A stretch of DNA of 63,194 nt, counting the filler, from Octopus bimaculoides (Eukaryota), in the NCBI RefSeq assembly GCF_001194135.2. It is 7 parts of 5 records of this genome, joined end to end, with 100 filler letters (N's around TTAATTAATTAA, not from the genome) between each part and the next. Parts side by side here need not be neighbours in the genome. Positions count along the whole stretch, not along the records: positions 1 to 31,552 come from NC_068996.1; positions 31,653 to 35,129 come from NC_068987.1; positions 35,230 to 41,978 come from NC_068982.1; 4 more parts are not named here. One strand, given 5' to 3'. Position numbers and translations under genes: made by a program. The number at the start of each line of letters is the position of its first letter. The first letter of the stretch is position 1. Under the pieces are notes generated by a model. The model saw only the letters and a program-made list of their open reading frames with translations, was not told where the DNA came from and ran no database searches. Shown here piece after piece: positions 26,104 through 38,796 of the stretch.

Positions 26104-26330
26104 TTTATTTAAAAGTAGCAGAAATATAACAAGACTGTTGCTCTGAGTTTCACGTTCCCATTCATCGGACAGTGCTTACTCCAGTATATATATATATATA
26201 TATATANNNNNNNNNNNNNNNNNNNNNNNNNNNNNNNNNNNNNNNNNNNNNNNNNNNNNNNNNNNNNNNNNNNNNNNNNNNNNNNNNNNNNNNNNNNNNN
26301 NNNNNNNNNNNNNNNNNNNNNNNNNNNNNN

Positions 26331-26760
26331 TTGTATGGGGCTGAGACATGGCGAACAACAGTTAAGTCAAATAAGCAAATACAATCATTCATCAACAGGT
26401 GCTTGCGTAGTATACTTAAAATTAGATGTCCCGAACACATAAGCAATATGGAGCTATGGCAAAGAACGAATCAAGTTTTGATTAGGGAGCAAATATTTAA
26501 GAAAAAGTGGAAGTGGATTGGTAGCACAATTAGAAAGGACACACCAAATGTAGCGAAAAGTGCTTTACAGTGGAATCCGGATGGATATAGAAAGAGGGGT
26601 AGGCCTAAGAACTCGTGGCATAGATCAACACAAAAGGAACTAGAGAAAGGGAGACATTCATGGCAGAGTATAAAGCACAGAAGCAAAAAATTATGCGACA
26701 TGGAATTCAATTATAAGTGGCATATACTCCGCGTTGGAGGGTTTAAAGACAAGAAAGAAC
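26331..26760 (+). mobile_element. 3' end of a second, distinct RTE-clade LINE family
   Basis: LYGAETW...QSFINRCLRSILKI...ISNMELWQRTNQ...KWKWIG..IRK....AKSALQWNPDGYRKRGRPKNSW, typical of the RTE ORF2 C-terminus. Confidence 0.88.
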
Positions 26761-26978
26761 TTAATCTCTTGGTTTCTTTTGCCAATCCACCAAGTTACAG
26801 GAGCATAAACAAACCAACTCCAGTGGCCAACTCCAGTGGTGTTGGCAAACACACACAAACAAACAAGCTTCTTTCAGTTTCCATCTACCAAATCCACTGA
26901 CCAGGCATTGTAGAAGACACTTGCCCAAAATACTACAGTGAGACTGAACCCAGAACCATATGGTTGGGAAGCTTACTG

Positions 26979-27013
<35 letters not shown>

Positions 27014-27160
27014 ATGTGTGTACTTATATGGTATACTTAGAACTTAGCTTTCACTCAGTGATGAGTGAAACTTACTACATATTTAGTTTATGTATGTGTG
27101 ATTTTCATTTGTCTCTTTTTTAATACAAATATTCACATATTTTTTGTTTATTTATTGAAG

Positions 27161-27247
27161 AATATGGGAAGAAAATTCGTGAGAATGGCATAAAATCAAA
27201 ATCACTTCTGATCAGAGGTGTTGTTCATGGCTTTTTCACCTTACCAG
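27161..27247 (+). CDS. Internal exon (phase 1 to 1) of the HSL-family carboxylesterase; catalytic His
   Basis: tttattgaAG|AATATGGG...TTACCAG|GTaaat. Encodes (E)YGKKIRENGIKSKSLLIRGVVHGFFTLP(G) with the HGF motif. Confidence 0.93.
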
Positions 27248-30036
27248 GTAAATTTATTTTACTTTTCCTATGTCAACTAGTTAATTAATTTTGTCACAAA
27301 CTGAGCATGTAAATTTGTTTGACCTGGTAGAAAAAAAAAATTTAACACAATGATTATGACAGGAATGTTTTTGATTATATTTCTGCTTACACAGGGTAAA
27401 TATGAAAGTGGAGAACATGTTGGATAATAGTTTTGGTTATATTAACCCTATAACATTCAGATTATTCTGTCAAACTTAATGCTTATTTATTCACATTGTT
27501 TTGAACTAATCGTGCATAATTTTGTAGCTTTAAGATTTTGGTGATGTGATTGTTTATTTTTAGAATCACATTGTAGGATAGGTGTGAGAGCCTGGATCTG
27601 GCCAGTTCAAATGTAAAATAGGTTGAATATTTAACCTGGTTTAAATGCTGAAGGGTTAAAAGACACTACATCATGGTTGTAATGTCTATAATCAGAAGCC
27701 TGCTTGGACTGGGACCTGGGGCTTAAACAAGAATTGTAGAGTGAAATGTCATAAGAATTTAATTTGATGATTGTTTTCAAGGATTTAGAAAAAAAAAGAA
27801 TCCATCTCAAATCTCACTGTTATATTTGACTGTTTTATTGATGTTTTACATTCTCGTCAGATTCACTGAGTCTCCAAAACTGAAGACATCATCATTATTA
27901 TTAATATCATTTTAACATTCACTTTTCTGTGCAAGCATGGATTGGACAGATCTTCTCCACCACATCTTTTGATATGTTGCTTTCTTTTGTCATCTCCTCT
28001 GTGAGGTTCAGCATCATGAGATCAACTTTCACCACCACTTCTGCCCTTGTTTTTCCTCAATCTGTCTTTCCCAATTGGATCTTCTGATATGTCTCTACTC
28101 GTCTGTTATCACCTATAACTAAATTACATGTTCATATCAAGACAGTCTCTATCTCTCTCTCATATTACATCTAATTTCTCATATACTTAGTTGTATTCTC
28201 ACCTCCTTTGGTTCTGTTGTTCATGCACACTAATACTACATACCCATCTAAGGCGGCAAGTAACAGTTGAGCACTGGAGTTGATGTAACTGACTTACTCC
28301 ATTTCCTGAAATTGCTGACTTTGTGCAAAAATTTGAAATTAATAACATCCATCTAAGGTGGCAAGCTTGCAAAATTGTTAGCATGCTGCGCATTTTGTCC
28401 ATTTTTACGTTCTGATTTCAGATTCCACCAAGGTTGACTTTGCCTTTCATCCGTTCATAGTTAATAAAATAAATACCAGTTGAACTCTGGGGTTAATGTA
28501 ATCAACTAGCTCTCTCCTCTGAACTTCCTGGCCTTGTGCCAAAGTTTGAAGCCAGTATTGCATAACCATCTTGTGAAGAATGTTACCTTCATTTCACTCT
28601 AGCTTCACACTTCCTCTGCATTCACTGCTCATGTATTGCTATATATACTTATGATTTACTAGAATGTTACATGTCATATAGGCACAAACAGGTGTGTGGT
28701 TAAGAAACTTGCTTTGCAGCCATATGGTTTCAGGTCCACTCACACTGTTTGGCATCTTGGCAAGTGTATTCTACTATAGCCTTGTACTAACCAATTCCTT
28801 GTGATTTTGGTAGACAATATCTGTGCAAAAGCCTGTTGTATGTGTGTGTGTCCTATTTTCACTGTTTGACAACTGGTGTTGGATGGTTTATGTCCCTATA
28901 ACTTGTGATTTGGCAAAAAAAAGACCAGTGGAATAAGTGCCAAACTTAAAAAATAAGTACCAAGGTTGATTTGTTTGATTAGACCTTTCAAGGTGGTGCC
29001 CCAGCATGGCCACAATTCAGTGACTGGAACAAGTAAAAGATAACATAATATGGATAACTTTGGAAGTATACTTTTGTGACCCGATATCTTTTATTTTTTA
29101 TTGTTTGTCATTTGACTGCGGCCATGCTGGGGCACCACTTTGAAGGGTTTAGTCAAACAAATTGACCCTGGGACTTATATTTTGAAGCCTAGTACTTATT
29201 ATATTGGTCTCTTTTGCCAAACAGCTAAGTTACAGGGATGTAAATGCACCAACACTGGTTGTCAAGTGGTGGTGGGGGTCAAAGCCACATATACACATGA
29301 TGGGCTTCTTTCAGTTTCCATCTACCAAATCCACTCATGGCTTTGTTCCACTCTTTCAGAAGAAAAATATTTACTTTAAAATAAAATGAAATGAAACAAA
29401 TTTCTCTTCTGTATAACTCCTCACTTAATAAGTCTGTCATTTACTCCCTCTCCTCCTCATCCTATTCCTCTACTATTCATTCTCTCTCACAGTGTGTAGT
29501 GTTCTTTTTCTCATTGCCTATCAACAAAACTAGTATGTGCACTCATCCTGCACCTCTTATTTTAGCTCTGTCTGTATCTCCCTTTTTACTCTCTACCCTC
29601 TACCTCTTTATATATGATGTAGAGTAGTGGTTCTCATCCAGGGCTCATATGGCCCCTGAGGGTCCATATAAAATTGTCGGGGATCCACTCAACAAAATAG
29701 TAAATCAGAGATCTGCAATAGTGTTTTAAGGGCTTCTGAAAAAATTTTGTTTTAGATGTATGTATTGGTATGTAGTGCCAGAAACAATAAAAGAATTTCG
29801 AAAGAAGTTTCTATAAAACTAGTTTTTAAACACTGAATGGCTATGGGGGTCTACCAGAATAAAATAGCAATCAAAAGGATCCTGGAGAAATCAACCATCC
29901 AACTATTTGTGGAAGTTAGAAATTAATGTTTTTAGAACACTGAACAAAATATTTAGCATCATTTCTTCCAGCTTTATTTTCAAACTAGCTGGTCCCGTGC
30001 CATCAAAAATGACGGTTAATTGTAGTATTTCATATA

Positions 30037-30400
30037 TGTTGGCACTCCGTCGCTTACGACGTCGAGGGTTCCAGTTGATCCGATCAACGGAACAGCCTGC
30101 TCGTGAAATTAACATGCAAGTGGCTGAGCACTCCACAGACACGTGTACCCTTAACGTAGTTCTCGGGGATATTCAACGTGACACAGTGTGACAAGGCTGA
30201 CCCTTTGAATTACAGGCACAACAGAAACAGGAAGTAAAAGTGAGAGAAAGTTGTGGTGAAAGAGTACAGCAGGGTTCGCCACCATCCCGTCGGAGCCTCG
30301 TGAAGCTTTAGGTGTTTTCGCTCAATAAACACTCACAACGCCCGGTCTGGGAATCGAAACCGCGAGTCCACTGCCCTAACCACTGGGCCATTGCGCCTCC
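30037..30400 (-). mobile_element. tRNA-derived SINE (GGAGGCGCAATGGCCCAGTGG... family)
   Basis: A-box/B-box-like head on the minus strand. Near-identical to 33389-33770. Confidence 0.85.
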
Positions 30401-31694
30401 ACTATTACATATATAAATAAGGACAAAAGATAGAATGTGGAAGGTAAATCAAATTAACACACTTGTCAATGTTATCGAGTGGTTGTCTTTTGAGATGTGA
30501 CATCAATCATTGTTTGTTATTGAAAGAATGCTGGTTCACACACACAAACATACACATACTTCCCTTGTACACACATACACACATATTCACACAGTTGAAA
30601 TGCTGTTTGATTTTTCTTTTCAGCATCGAATGTTCGTCATCCCATTTTCATTGCACACACACACACATTCACATACAGCTCCTTTTACATATCATCTATT
30701 ACCCCTTCCTTTCTCATTCAATTGTGACAGAGAAAAACAAAAACATGTGTTATTATAGTAGATTCTGCCAAGGTTGATTTTTGCCTAAGATAAGAGCCAG
30801 TAGAAGTGCTGGGTTCGATGTAATCAACTAGTCCCCCTCCCCCAGAATTTCAGGCCTTGTGCTTATAGTAGAAAAGATTATTATTGTTAGGTGATGCAGA
30901 GATTGAAACTAATAAATAAATAAAATAAATTAAATGTGAAAAAACCAAGCTAAAGCATCTTGCAATCGTGGGTTATTTCCCTTGCTAAGCTCATATTCCA
31001 CTGGGTCTAACTCGCTTTGATGAAACGAGCTCCAGTTACGTAGTTAAACTGGCTGTACTTCTTCATTCAATCTGGAGCTCAATACTAAAATGAGAATCAT
31101 TATCATCATCATGATACTGATTAAGGAATGCTGGTGGCAGCGGTGGAGATGATGTGGTAGTAGTGGCTATCATCATCATCATCATCGCCACCACCACCAC
31201 CACCACCAGTTCTGTACTGAGCTAATTTACTGTATTATAATACTTAGGCAATTTTCAATTCAGAACTGTTGTGGAAATCACCATCATGGTCATCATCATC
31301 ATCATTTGGATTCTTTTTCTTTCTTTTTTCCTTAACATTAAAAAAAAAAATTACTGAGGCTATTTTAGACTTGTGTATATCAGAAGGTAGGATCATCATC
31401 ACATCAATCTATGCTTGCTTTTTGTACTGTCGTGGTTTGGATGGGTTATGATCATCCAGGTTACATGGAGCTACAGTAGGAGACAAGACACTTGCCTAAG
31501 ATGCCACGTTGGGAAGCAAGCTTCTTAAACCACTGTTTTATTTATATATATANNNNNNNNNNNNNNNNNNNNNNNNNNNNNNNNNNNNNNNNNNNNTTAA
31601 TTAATTAANNNNNNNNNNNNNNNNNNNNNNNNNNNNNNNNNNNNNNNNNNNNCAAACACATACACACATACATATATATATATATACATATATG

Positions 31695-31857
31695 CGACAG
31701 GCTTCTTTCAGTTTCCGTCTACCAAATCCACTCACAAGGTTTTGGTCGGCTCGAGGCTATAGTAGAAGACACTTGCCCAAGATGCCACGCAGTGGGACTG
31801 AACCCGGGACCATGTGGTTGGTAAGCAAGCTACTTACCACACAGCCACTCCTACGCC
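31695..31857 (-). mobile_element. Short tRNA-derived SINE ending in (TA)n (GGCGCAGGAGTGGCTGTGTGGTAAG family)
   Basis: Reverse complement of the copy at 63005-63167. Many degenerate copies occur across the window. Confidence 0.9.
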
Positions 31858-31864
31858 TATGTAT

Positions 31865-31902
<38 letters not shown>

Positions 31903-32312
31903 ATATGTATATATATATATATGTATGTATATACATATATATAAGACGTGTATACTTGTGCGTGCGCCTGTCTCTGAGTGTGTAGGGATTGGTACTGCAA
32001 TTATTAATAGGAAATATTTGCTTCTTTTGAATCAAAGGTAGAAACAGCGTTTACACATCTTAGTCTCGCCCTGTATCTCTGTTGTTCTTCGACGCATTGT
32101 TTTCCTTTTCGCATCGTTAATTAATAATTCATTTTTCCCCCTTTTTCTTTGAAGTTCGGTGTGACCAGGGCTCCTTGACATGTTACAGCAAAAGAGAAAA
32201 AAAATGAAAGAAATAGAAGGAAGGAAGATGATGAACGAAAGACAGCGGGAAAAAGCGAGCGAGTGAGTGAGTGAGACTATCAGATAAGAGTGATATAAGA
32301 GAGAGAGAGAGC

Positions 32313-32378
<66 letters not shown>

Positions 32379-32529
32379 CAGACAGAGAGAGAGGGTGGGT
32401 GTGAACACAAACCATACAGAAATGTTTATTGTTGTATCAAGTTGTTGCTAAATATTAATGACAAGTTACTAACGATCTATCTGAAACTAAATGTCCTATT
32501 TACTTCTACTTCTACTACAATGGTAGCGC

Positions 32530-32530
32530 T

Positions 32531-32590
<60 letters not shown>

Positions 32591-32624
32591 GACCAACACC
32601 ATCACTCCACCAACACCACTACTG

Positions 32625-32669
<45 letters not shown>

Positions 32670-32671
32670 CT

Positions 32672-32713
<42 letters not shown>

Positions 32714-32760
32714 ATAATAATAATAATAATAACCCCTCTACTACTACTTCNNNNNNNNNN

Positions 32761-32802
<42 letters not shown>

Positions 32803-32847
32803 ATAATAATAATAATAATAACCCCTCTACTACTACTTCTAACCCCT

Positions 32848-32878
<31 letters not shown>

Positions 32879-32963
32879 CACTATCACCACTATCACCACC
32901 ACCATCACCCCGCCACCACTACCAACACGACGACGACCACTACTACTACTGCTACTACTACTG

Positions 32964-32999
<36 letters not shown>

Positions 33000-33000
33000 G
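32530..33000. repeat. (CTA/TAC)n, (TAA)n and (CAC)n trinucleotide microsatellite tract
   Basis: Seen directly. It produces the poly-T/L/Y ORF. Confidence 0.95.
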
Positions 33001-33388
33001 AACTACCTTTACCTCACATGATTCTCTTGAAGTGCTGAGGTAGCAGTAAGTCACACACATTGTCTTTTCTTCAGCTCAGTTTGCTTAGAAACTGCGTCTC
33101 ATGAGGATAAATCGATTAACTGTAATTTGCAAAACAGTTCAAAAGAAAATGGTAATATTTTGGAACTGTAGTACTACAACAACAACAATAAAACAAAATA
33201 ATAATGCTTGAGCATGCAAATGATGAAGAAACAGAAATAGAAATTAGTTTGGCAGAAAACATTTTTTATTGGGCTTTCAATTTCAAAGATTATTTTTCAG
33301 TAAATGCTTGTTGGTGTATTCAATCAGAAGGTGTAGCAACGCTGTGTTCAAAATGGCGGTTGATTCTTCGCAATGATTCTATATGTTT

Positions 33389-33770
33389 TGTTGGCACTCC
33401 GTCGCTTACGACGTCAAGGGTTCCAGTTGATCCGATCAACAGAACAGCCTGCTCGTGAAATTAACGTGCCACTGGCTGAGCACTCCACAGACACGTGTAC
33501 CTTAACGTAGTTCTCTGGGATATTCAACGTGACACAGAGTGTGACATGGCTGACCCTTTGAATTACAGGCACAACAAAAACAGGAAGTTAGAGTGACAGA
33601 AAGTTGTGGTGAAAGAGTACAGCAGGGTTCGCCACCATCCCCTGCCGGAGCCTCGTGGAGCTTAGGTGTTTTTTTTTCGCTCAATAAACACTCACAACGC
33701 TCGGTCTGGGAATCGAAACTGCGATCCTATGACCGCGAGTCCGCTGCCCTAACCGCTGGGCCATTGCGCC
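33389..33770 (-). mobile_element. tRNA-derived SINE, same family as 30037-30400
   Basis: High identity to 30037-30400 with a slightly more complete head. Confidence 0.85.
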
Positions 33771-34357
33771 TACACAATTCGATATGTAAATGTGTCGAAC
33801 AGAACGCGACATGGTAGTTCGATTTTAGACATAGAAATCTTTTCTGCTCTAGGCACAAGGCTCGAAATTTTGGGGGACGGAGCCAGTTGATTAGATCGAC
33901 CCCAACTATGCAACTGGTAGTTAAGCTATTGATCCTCGAAGGATGAAAGGCAAAGTCGACCTCGGCGGAATTTGAACTCATAACGTAAAGACAGACGAAA
34001 TACCGCTAAGCATTTCACCCGGCGTGCTAACGTTTCTGCCTGCTCGTCGACTTATTGAATTACCCGTTACTGTGCATTGCCAGTGACCTGTCTTTTTTCT
34101 ATCTTCTACTTGTTTTAGTCATGGGATTACGGCCATGCTTTGGCACCGCTTTAAAGAGGTTTAGTTGAACATATCGACACCAGTACTTATTTTTAAAGTC
34201 GGCTGGGGTGGGGTGGGGGAGTAGCTATTCTACGGTTCTCTTTTGCAGAACCGTTAAGTTTCGAGGACGTGAACAAATCAACACCTGCGGCGTGTTCGGA
34301 CACACACACACACACANNNNNNNNNNNNNNNNNNNNNNNNNNNNNNNNNNNNNNNNN

Positions 34358-34389
<32 letters not shown>

Positions 34390-35088
34390 GGCGGGCTTCC
34401 GCACAGTTTCCGTCTACCAAATTCGCTCACAACGCATTGGCGGCCTATAGAAGTCACTTTGCTCAAGTTGCCATGTAGTATACTGAACCCGAAACCATGA
34501 GGCTACAAAGCTAGTTTCTTAACCATATCAGTACATATCTTTATTTATGACTCAGTTCAGTTTATTCTAAATAGACACAAAGACTGAATAATTAATTTAA
34601 TTCCCAAGACCCCCCCTTTCCCTGTTAGGCTCAATTCCGATCTTACTGGAAAATATTCCGTTGTCTTTTCCAGTTAAAAAAGATATGAAATTACCCCAAT
34701 TCCCATGCTATGCAATCTTAGCTCGATGTTATTAAACGCGAATCATGCAGGTTCTAATCAGAAGCGCAGGCATGGCTGTGTGATAAGTAGCTTGTTTACC
34801 AGCCACACGGTTGGGTAAGTGTCTCCTACTATAGCCTCGGGCCGACCAAAGCCTTGTGAGTGGATTTGAGAGACGGAAACTGAAAGAATCCCGTATGTAT
34901 GTATATGCGACGCCATGATTAACCGCTAACTCCACAAGTCTTTATTCTCTTTGTTTATTTTCTCGTGTTCCTTTCTGTTGAGGAGCGTAGGCTCGAAATG
35001 TAAAAGACTTTCTCACCTTCCCGAGCGTCAAACTACTTGCTGTTTATTATACATCTGTCTTCGTTTTTGTTTTTCTGTAAATTATAAC

Positions 35089-35129
<41 letters not shown>

Positions 35130-35229
35130 NNNNNNNNNNNNNNNNNNNNNNNNNNNNNNNNNNNNNNNNNNNNTTAATTAATTAANNNNNNNNNNNNNNN
35201 NNNNNNNNNNNNNNNNNNNNNNNNNNNNN

Positions 35230-36170
35230 GACGCATGTGTATGAACAGCCATGCTACATGGCAGTGAAACATGGGCCATGACTGCTGAGGACATGCGTAA
35301 GCTCGCAAGGAATGAAGCCAGTATGCTCTGCTGGATGTGCAATGTCAGTGTGCATACGCAACAGAGTGTAAGTACCTTGAGAGAAAAGTTGGACCTAAGA
35401 AGCATCAGATGTGGTGTGCAAGAGAGACGACTGCGCTGGTATAGTCATGTGGTGAGAATGGATGAGGATAGCTGTGTGAAAAGTGCCACACCCTAGCGGT
35501 TGAGGGAACCTGTGAAAGAGGTAGACCCGGGATGAGGTGGTGAAGCACGACCTTCAAACATTAGGCCTCACCAAGGCAATGATTAGTGACCAAGACCTTT
35601 GGAAATATGCAGTGCGTGAGAAGACCCAGCAAGCCAAGTGAGACCATAATCTGTGGCCTATGCCAGGGGTGTAACCAATCCACTTATGTGTACCTTTCCT
35701 TCATTGGACACTAAACTCTGCTTGCGAAGACCTGTTGAGGCAAGTGAAATCGAAACTAAATTCGATGACAGCACTGCATGCCTGGCATCCATGCTAGTGA
35801 AGTGCTAAGAGCACCATCCAAGCGTGATTGCTGCCAGAGCAGCTGACGGGCTTCAGTGCCGGTGGCACATAAAAAGCACCATTCGAAAACGTGATTGTTA
35901 CCAGCATCGCCTTACAAGCACGTGAAAAAACATTCGAGCGAGGTCGTTGCCACTGGACTGGCTCCTGTGCATGTGTCAGGTATAAAACAACACTTTAGTG
36001 TAGCCGTGGCACGTAAGAGCACCCACTACAATCTTGAAGTGGTTGGCATTAGGAAGGGCATCCAGCTGTAGAAACTCTGACAGATCTGATTGGAGGCTGG
36101 TGCTGCCATCTAGTTCACCAGTCCTCAGTCAAATCGTCCAACCCATGTTAAATGATGATGATGATGATGA
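35230..36170 (+). mobile_element. RTE LINE 3' portion (C-terminal ORF2, 3' UTR, (GAT)n tail)
   Basis: MLHGSETWAMTAEDMRKLARNEASMLCWMCNVSVH..., with the tail GATGATGAT at about 36155-36170. Confidence 0.92.
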
Positions 36171-36267
36171 TATATCATATATATATCTATATAATACATA
36201 TTATATATATATACACAGACATCATATATAGATATATATATCTTATATTTATATATATTATATATAC

Positions 36268-36830
36268 ATCATCATCATCATCATCGTTTAACATCCGCTT
36301 TCCATGCTAGCATGGGTTGGATGATTTCACTGAGGACTGGCAAGCCAGAAGGCTGCATCAGGCTCCAATGTGATCTAGCAGAGTTTCTACAGTTGGATGC
36401 CCTTCCTAGCGCCAACGACTCCAAGAGTGTAGTGGGTGCTTTTACGTGCCACTGGCATGAGGGCCAGTCACATGGTACTGGCAACAGCCACGCTCAAAAA
36501 AGGTGTTTTTTACATGCCACCTGCACGGGAGCCAGCCAGCGGCACTGGCAACAATCTCGTTTGAATGATTTTCTAACGTGTCACCAGCACAAGTGCTAGA
36601 AGGCAACGCTGGTAACAATTACGCTCAATGTTGCTATTTACGGGCCACTAGCACGGAAGCCAGACTGCTGTTCTGGCAATGAAAATGCTCGGACAGTGCT
36701 GTTAGTGCTCCACTGGCGCAGGTGCCAATCATCGAGTATGGTTCAATTCTGTTGCACCAACAGGTCTTCACAAGCAGAGTTTAGTGTCCAATGAAGGAAA
36801 GGTTGGCATGGGTGCCAGTCGTCGAATTCG
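36268..36830 (-). mobile_element. RTE LINE 3' UTR fragment
   Basis: Begins (CAT)n-CGTTTAAC and is homologous to 15854-16290. Confidence 0.88.
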
Positions 36831-36886
36831 GTTTGATTTAGATTTCAGATTTCAAATTCCAAATTCTTATATATGTATATATATAT

Positions 36887-37775
36887 AGTGCCCCATCATC
36901 CATGTGGACACATTTCTCTCCTGTGGCATCACACTTTTCTCTCACACACTGTCTTGCAATCTAAAATACTTCAGTTCTTTGGTCTTCATGTCATTGGACA
37001 TTGGCAAACTTCTTTTCTGCTTCTCCCTTGGCTATGTATACCTGCTGCCCTGCCTCTCTTTTGGCTACCTGGTACAGTTCCCTGCTACCCCCACTCTTCC
37101 AGGCTTTCCAGGCCTGTTTCTTTATTCTAATGGCTTTGTCTACTGTATTATACCACCACCATGTTACTCTAGGTCTGGAAGGGACTTTGCACCATCCACA
37201 AACTTGGTCTGTAGCACTCAGTAAGCTGTCCAGTAGGAATTTCCAGCTACTTTCTATGTCTGAGGTCTGTAGCACCTCCTCCCTCTCATCAAATTTCTTG
37301 ATGAGGATGTCCCTAAATTTCTGAACATGTGAAGGGTTCTTTAGCTTCCAAATCGTTCTTTTCTTGACTGATCTGCCTCTTGGCATCCTTCTGGCCATGA
37401 GTCTAATGTCACTAATGACTAGTCTGTGCTGGGGGTACATTCTTCATCCGGGAGGGCCTTTGTATTTAAGAGCAACCCTGTGTCCTGCTGTCTGGTGAGG
37501 ATGAAATCAATCTGGCTAGCAGAGTCACCTGATTGAAAGGTTATCAGGTGGTTGTCTGGCTTCCTGAACTTCGTGTTGTAGATTAAAAGGTTACATGCAT
37601 CACAGAACTCCAGTAGCCTAGTTCCCTCATTGTCTTGGGAACCAATACCATGGCCCCTGTGTAAACTAGTGAAGATACCAGACTGCTACCCAACATGCCC
37701 ATTAAAATCTCCAGCCACAAAGGTGAGATCATTGCCACTCGTCTTTGAGGTAGCCTGTAGAAGGGTATCATAAAA
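36887..37775 (-). mobile_element. RTE LINE internal fragment (late endonuclease and linker); inverted twin of 38797-39643
   Basis: PQHRLVISDIRL...VCGWCKVPSRPRVTWWW...EKKFANVQ*. Confidence 0.92.
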
Positions 37776-38747
37776 ATGCAGATATGATGGAGGGTACCTA
37801 CAACGAGGGAGGGGTGTGTTTCAGACAGAGAAAGAGAAGAAACAAGCTCATCTATACATACACACAAGCACGTACGCACACACACACACACCCACATACC
37901 CCCCCCCACACACACACACAGAGGAACAAGCACACACGTACAGCCCATTAGCTTTCTCCACTTGATATGTCCATGGAAAATTACTGGGTAGTTTTCGGCA
38001 TATTTCTAGATGGGACAAAATGAAATGAAAGATAGCTGGTTAAGTAGGTGGGCAGCTATACTAGTTGCATTTGTCCCAGGAGAGAGAGAGAGAGAGAGAG
38101 TAAAGGTAATATAGAGAACAGCACCGGTGATGAGGTGGGATTGACAGGAGACATTTGGTAATGATGGTGACAAATTTCTAGACAAAACCAAATGAAAGAT
38201 AGCCGGTTAAGCAGGTGGGCAGCTGAGCTAGTTGCATTTGTCCCAGGGGAGAGAGAAAGAGTGCAGGTAATATATAGAGAGCAGCCTGGTGAGGAGGAGG
38301 GGTTGAGAGAAGAGACATCAGGTAATGGTGGTGGGAGGAGAGAGATATCCGGTGTAGATGGTGGGAAGATAGAGATATTCGGTATTGGTGGTGGGATGGG
38401 AGAGGGTGGGTGCACCGAGAACAAAGTTTAATTTGGGGAGATGGTACAAGGAACGAAAATAATAGTAATAATAATAATATACATTCAGAGTGTTCATGGC
38501 AAATGAGAAATTAAACCAAAGAAACGAGAATTTAAACAAACCAAGAAAGAAATAATTATCTTAATGAAATTACATGAGATGAAATTATATATTGAGGGGT
38601 CAGTTTAAATGGTTAGCTTCTGAAAACTAGCAGTTAGTAAGTAATACAGTTAAAGTGTTAATGGCGAATGAATGTATGAAAGATCGAAAAAAATGAGAGA
38701 AACTTAACTTAGCAATGCATTATCATTTGGCGGCTGGACAAGAATAC

Positions 38748-38782
<35 letters not shown>

Positions 38783-38796
38783 TGTATATAATATAT

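Noticed and set aside
27395-27399. Nearby acceptor (ttacacAG|GGTAA) that would end the esterase as ...LPG-stop
   Set aside because: It would delete the conserved C-terminal helix and there is no supporting evidence. The true last exon is more likely in a gap or on another contig.
32650-32860. Duplicated (CTA)n-(TAA)n-CCCCTCTAC block containing telomere-like TAACCC
   Set aside because: The duplicate flanks a 10-N gap (contig overlap), and there is no tandem TTAGGG array.
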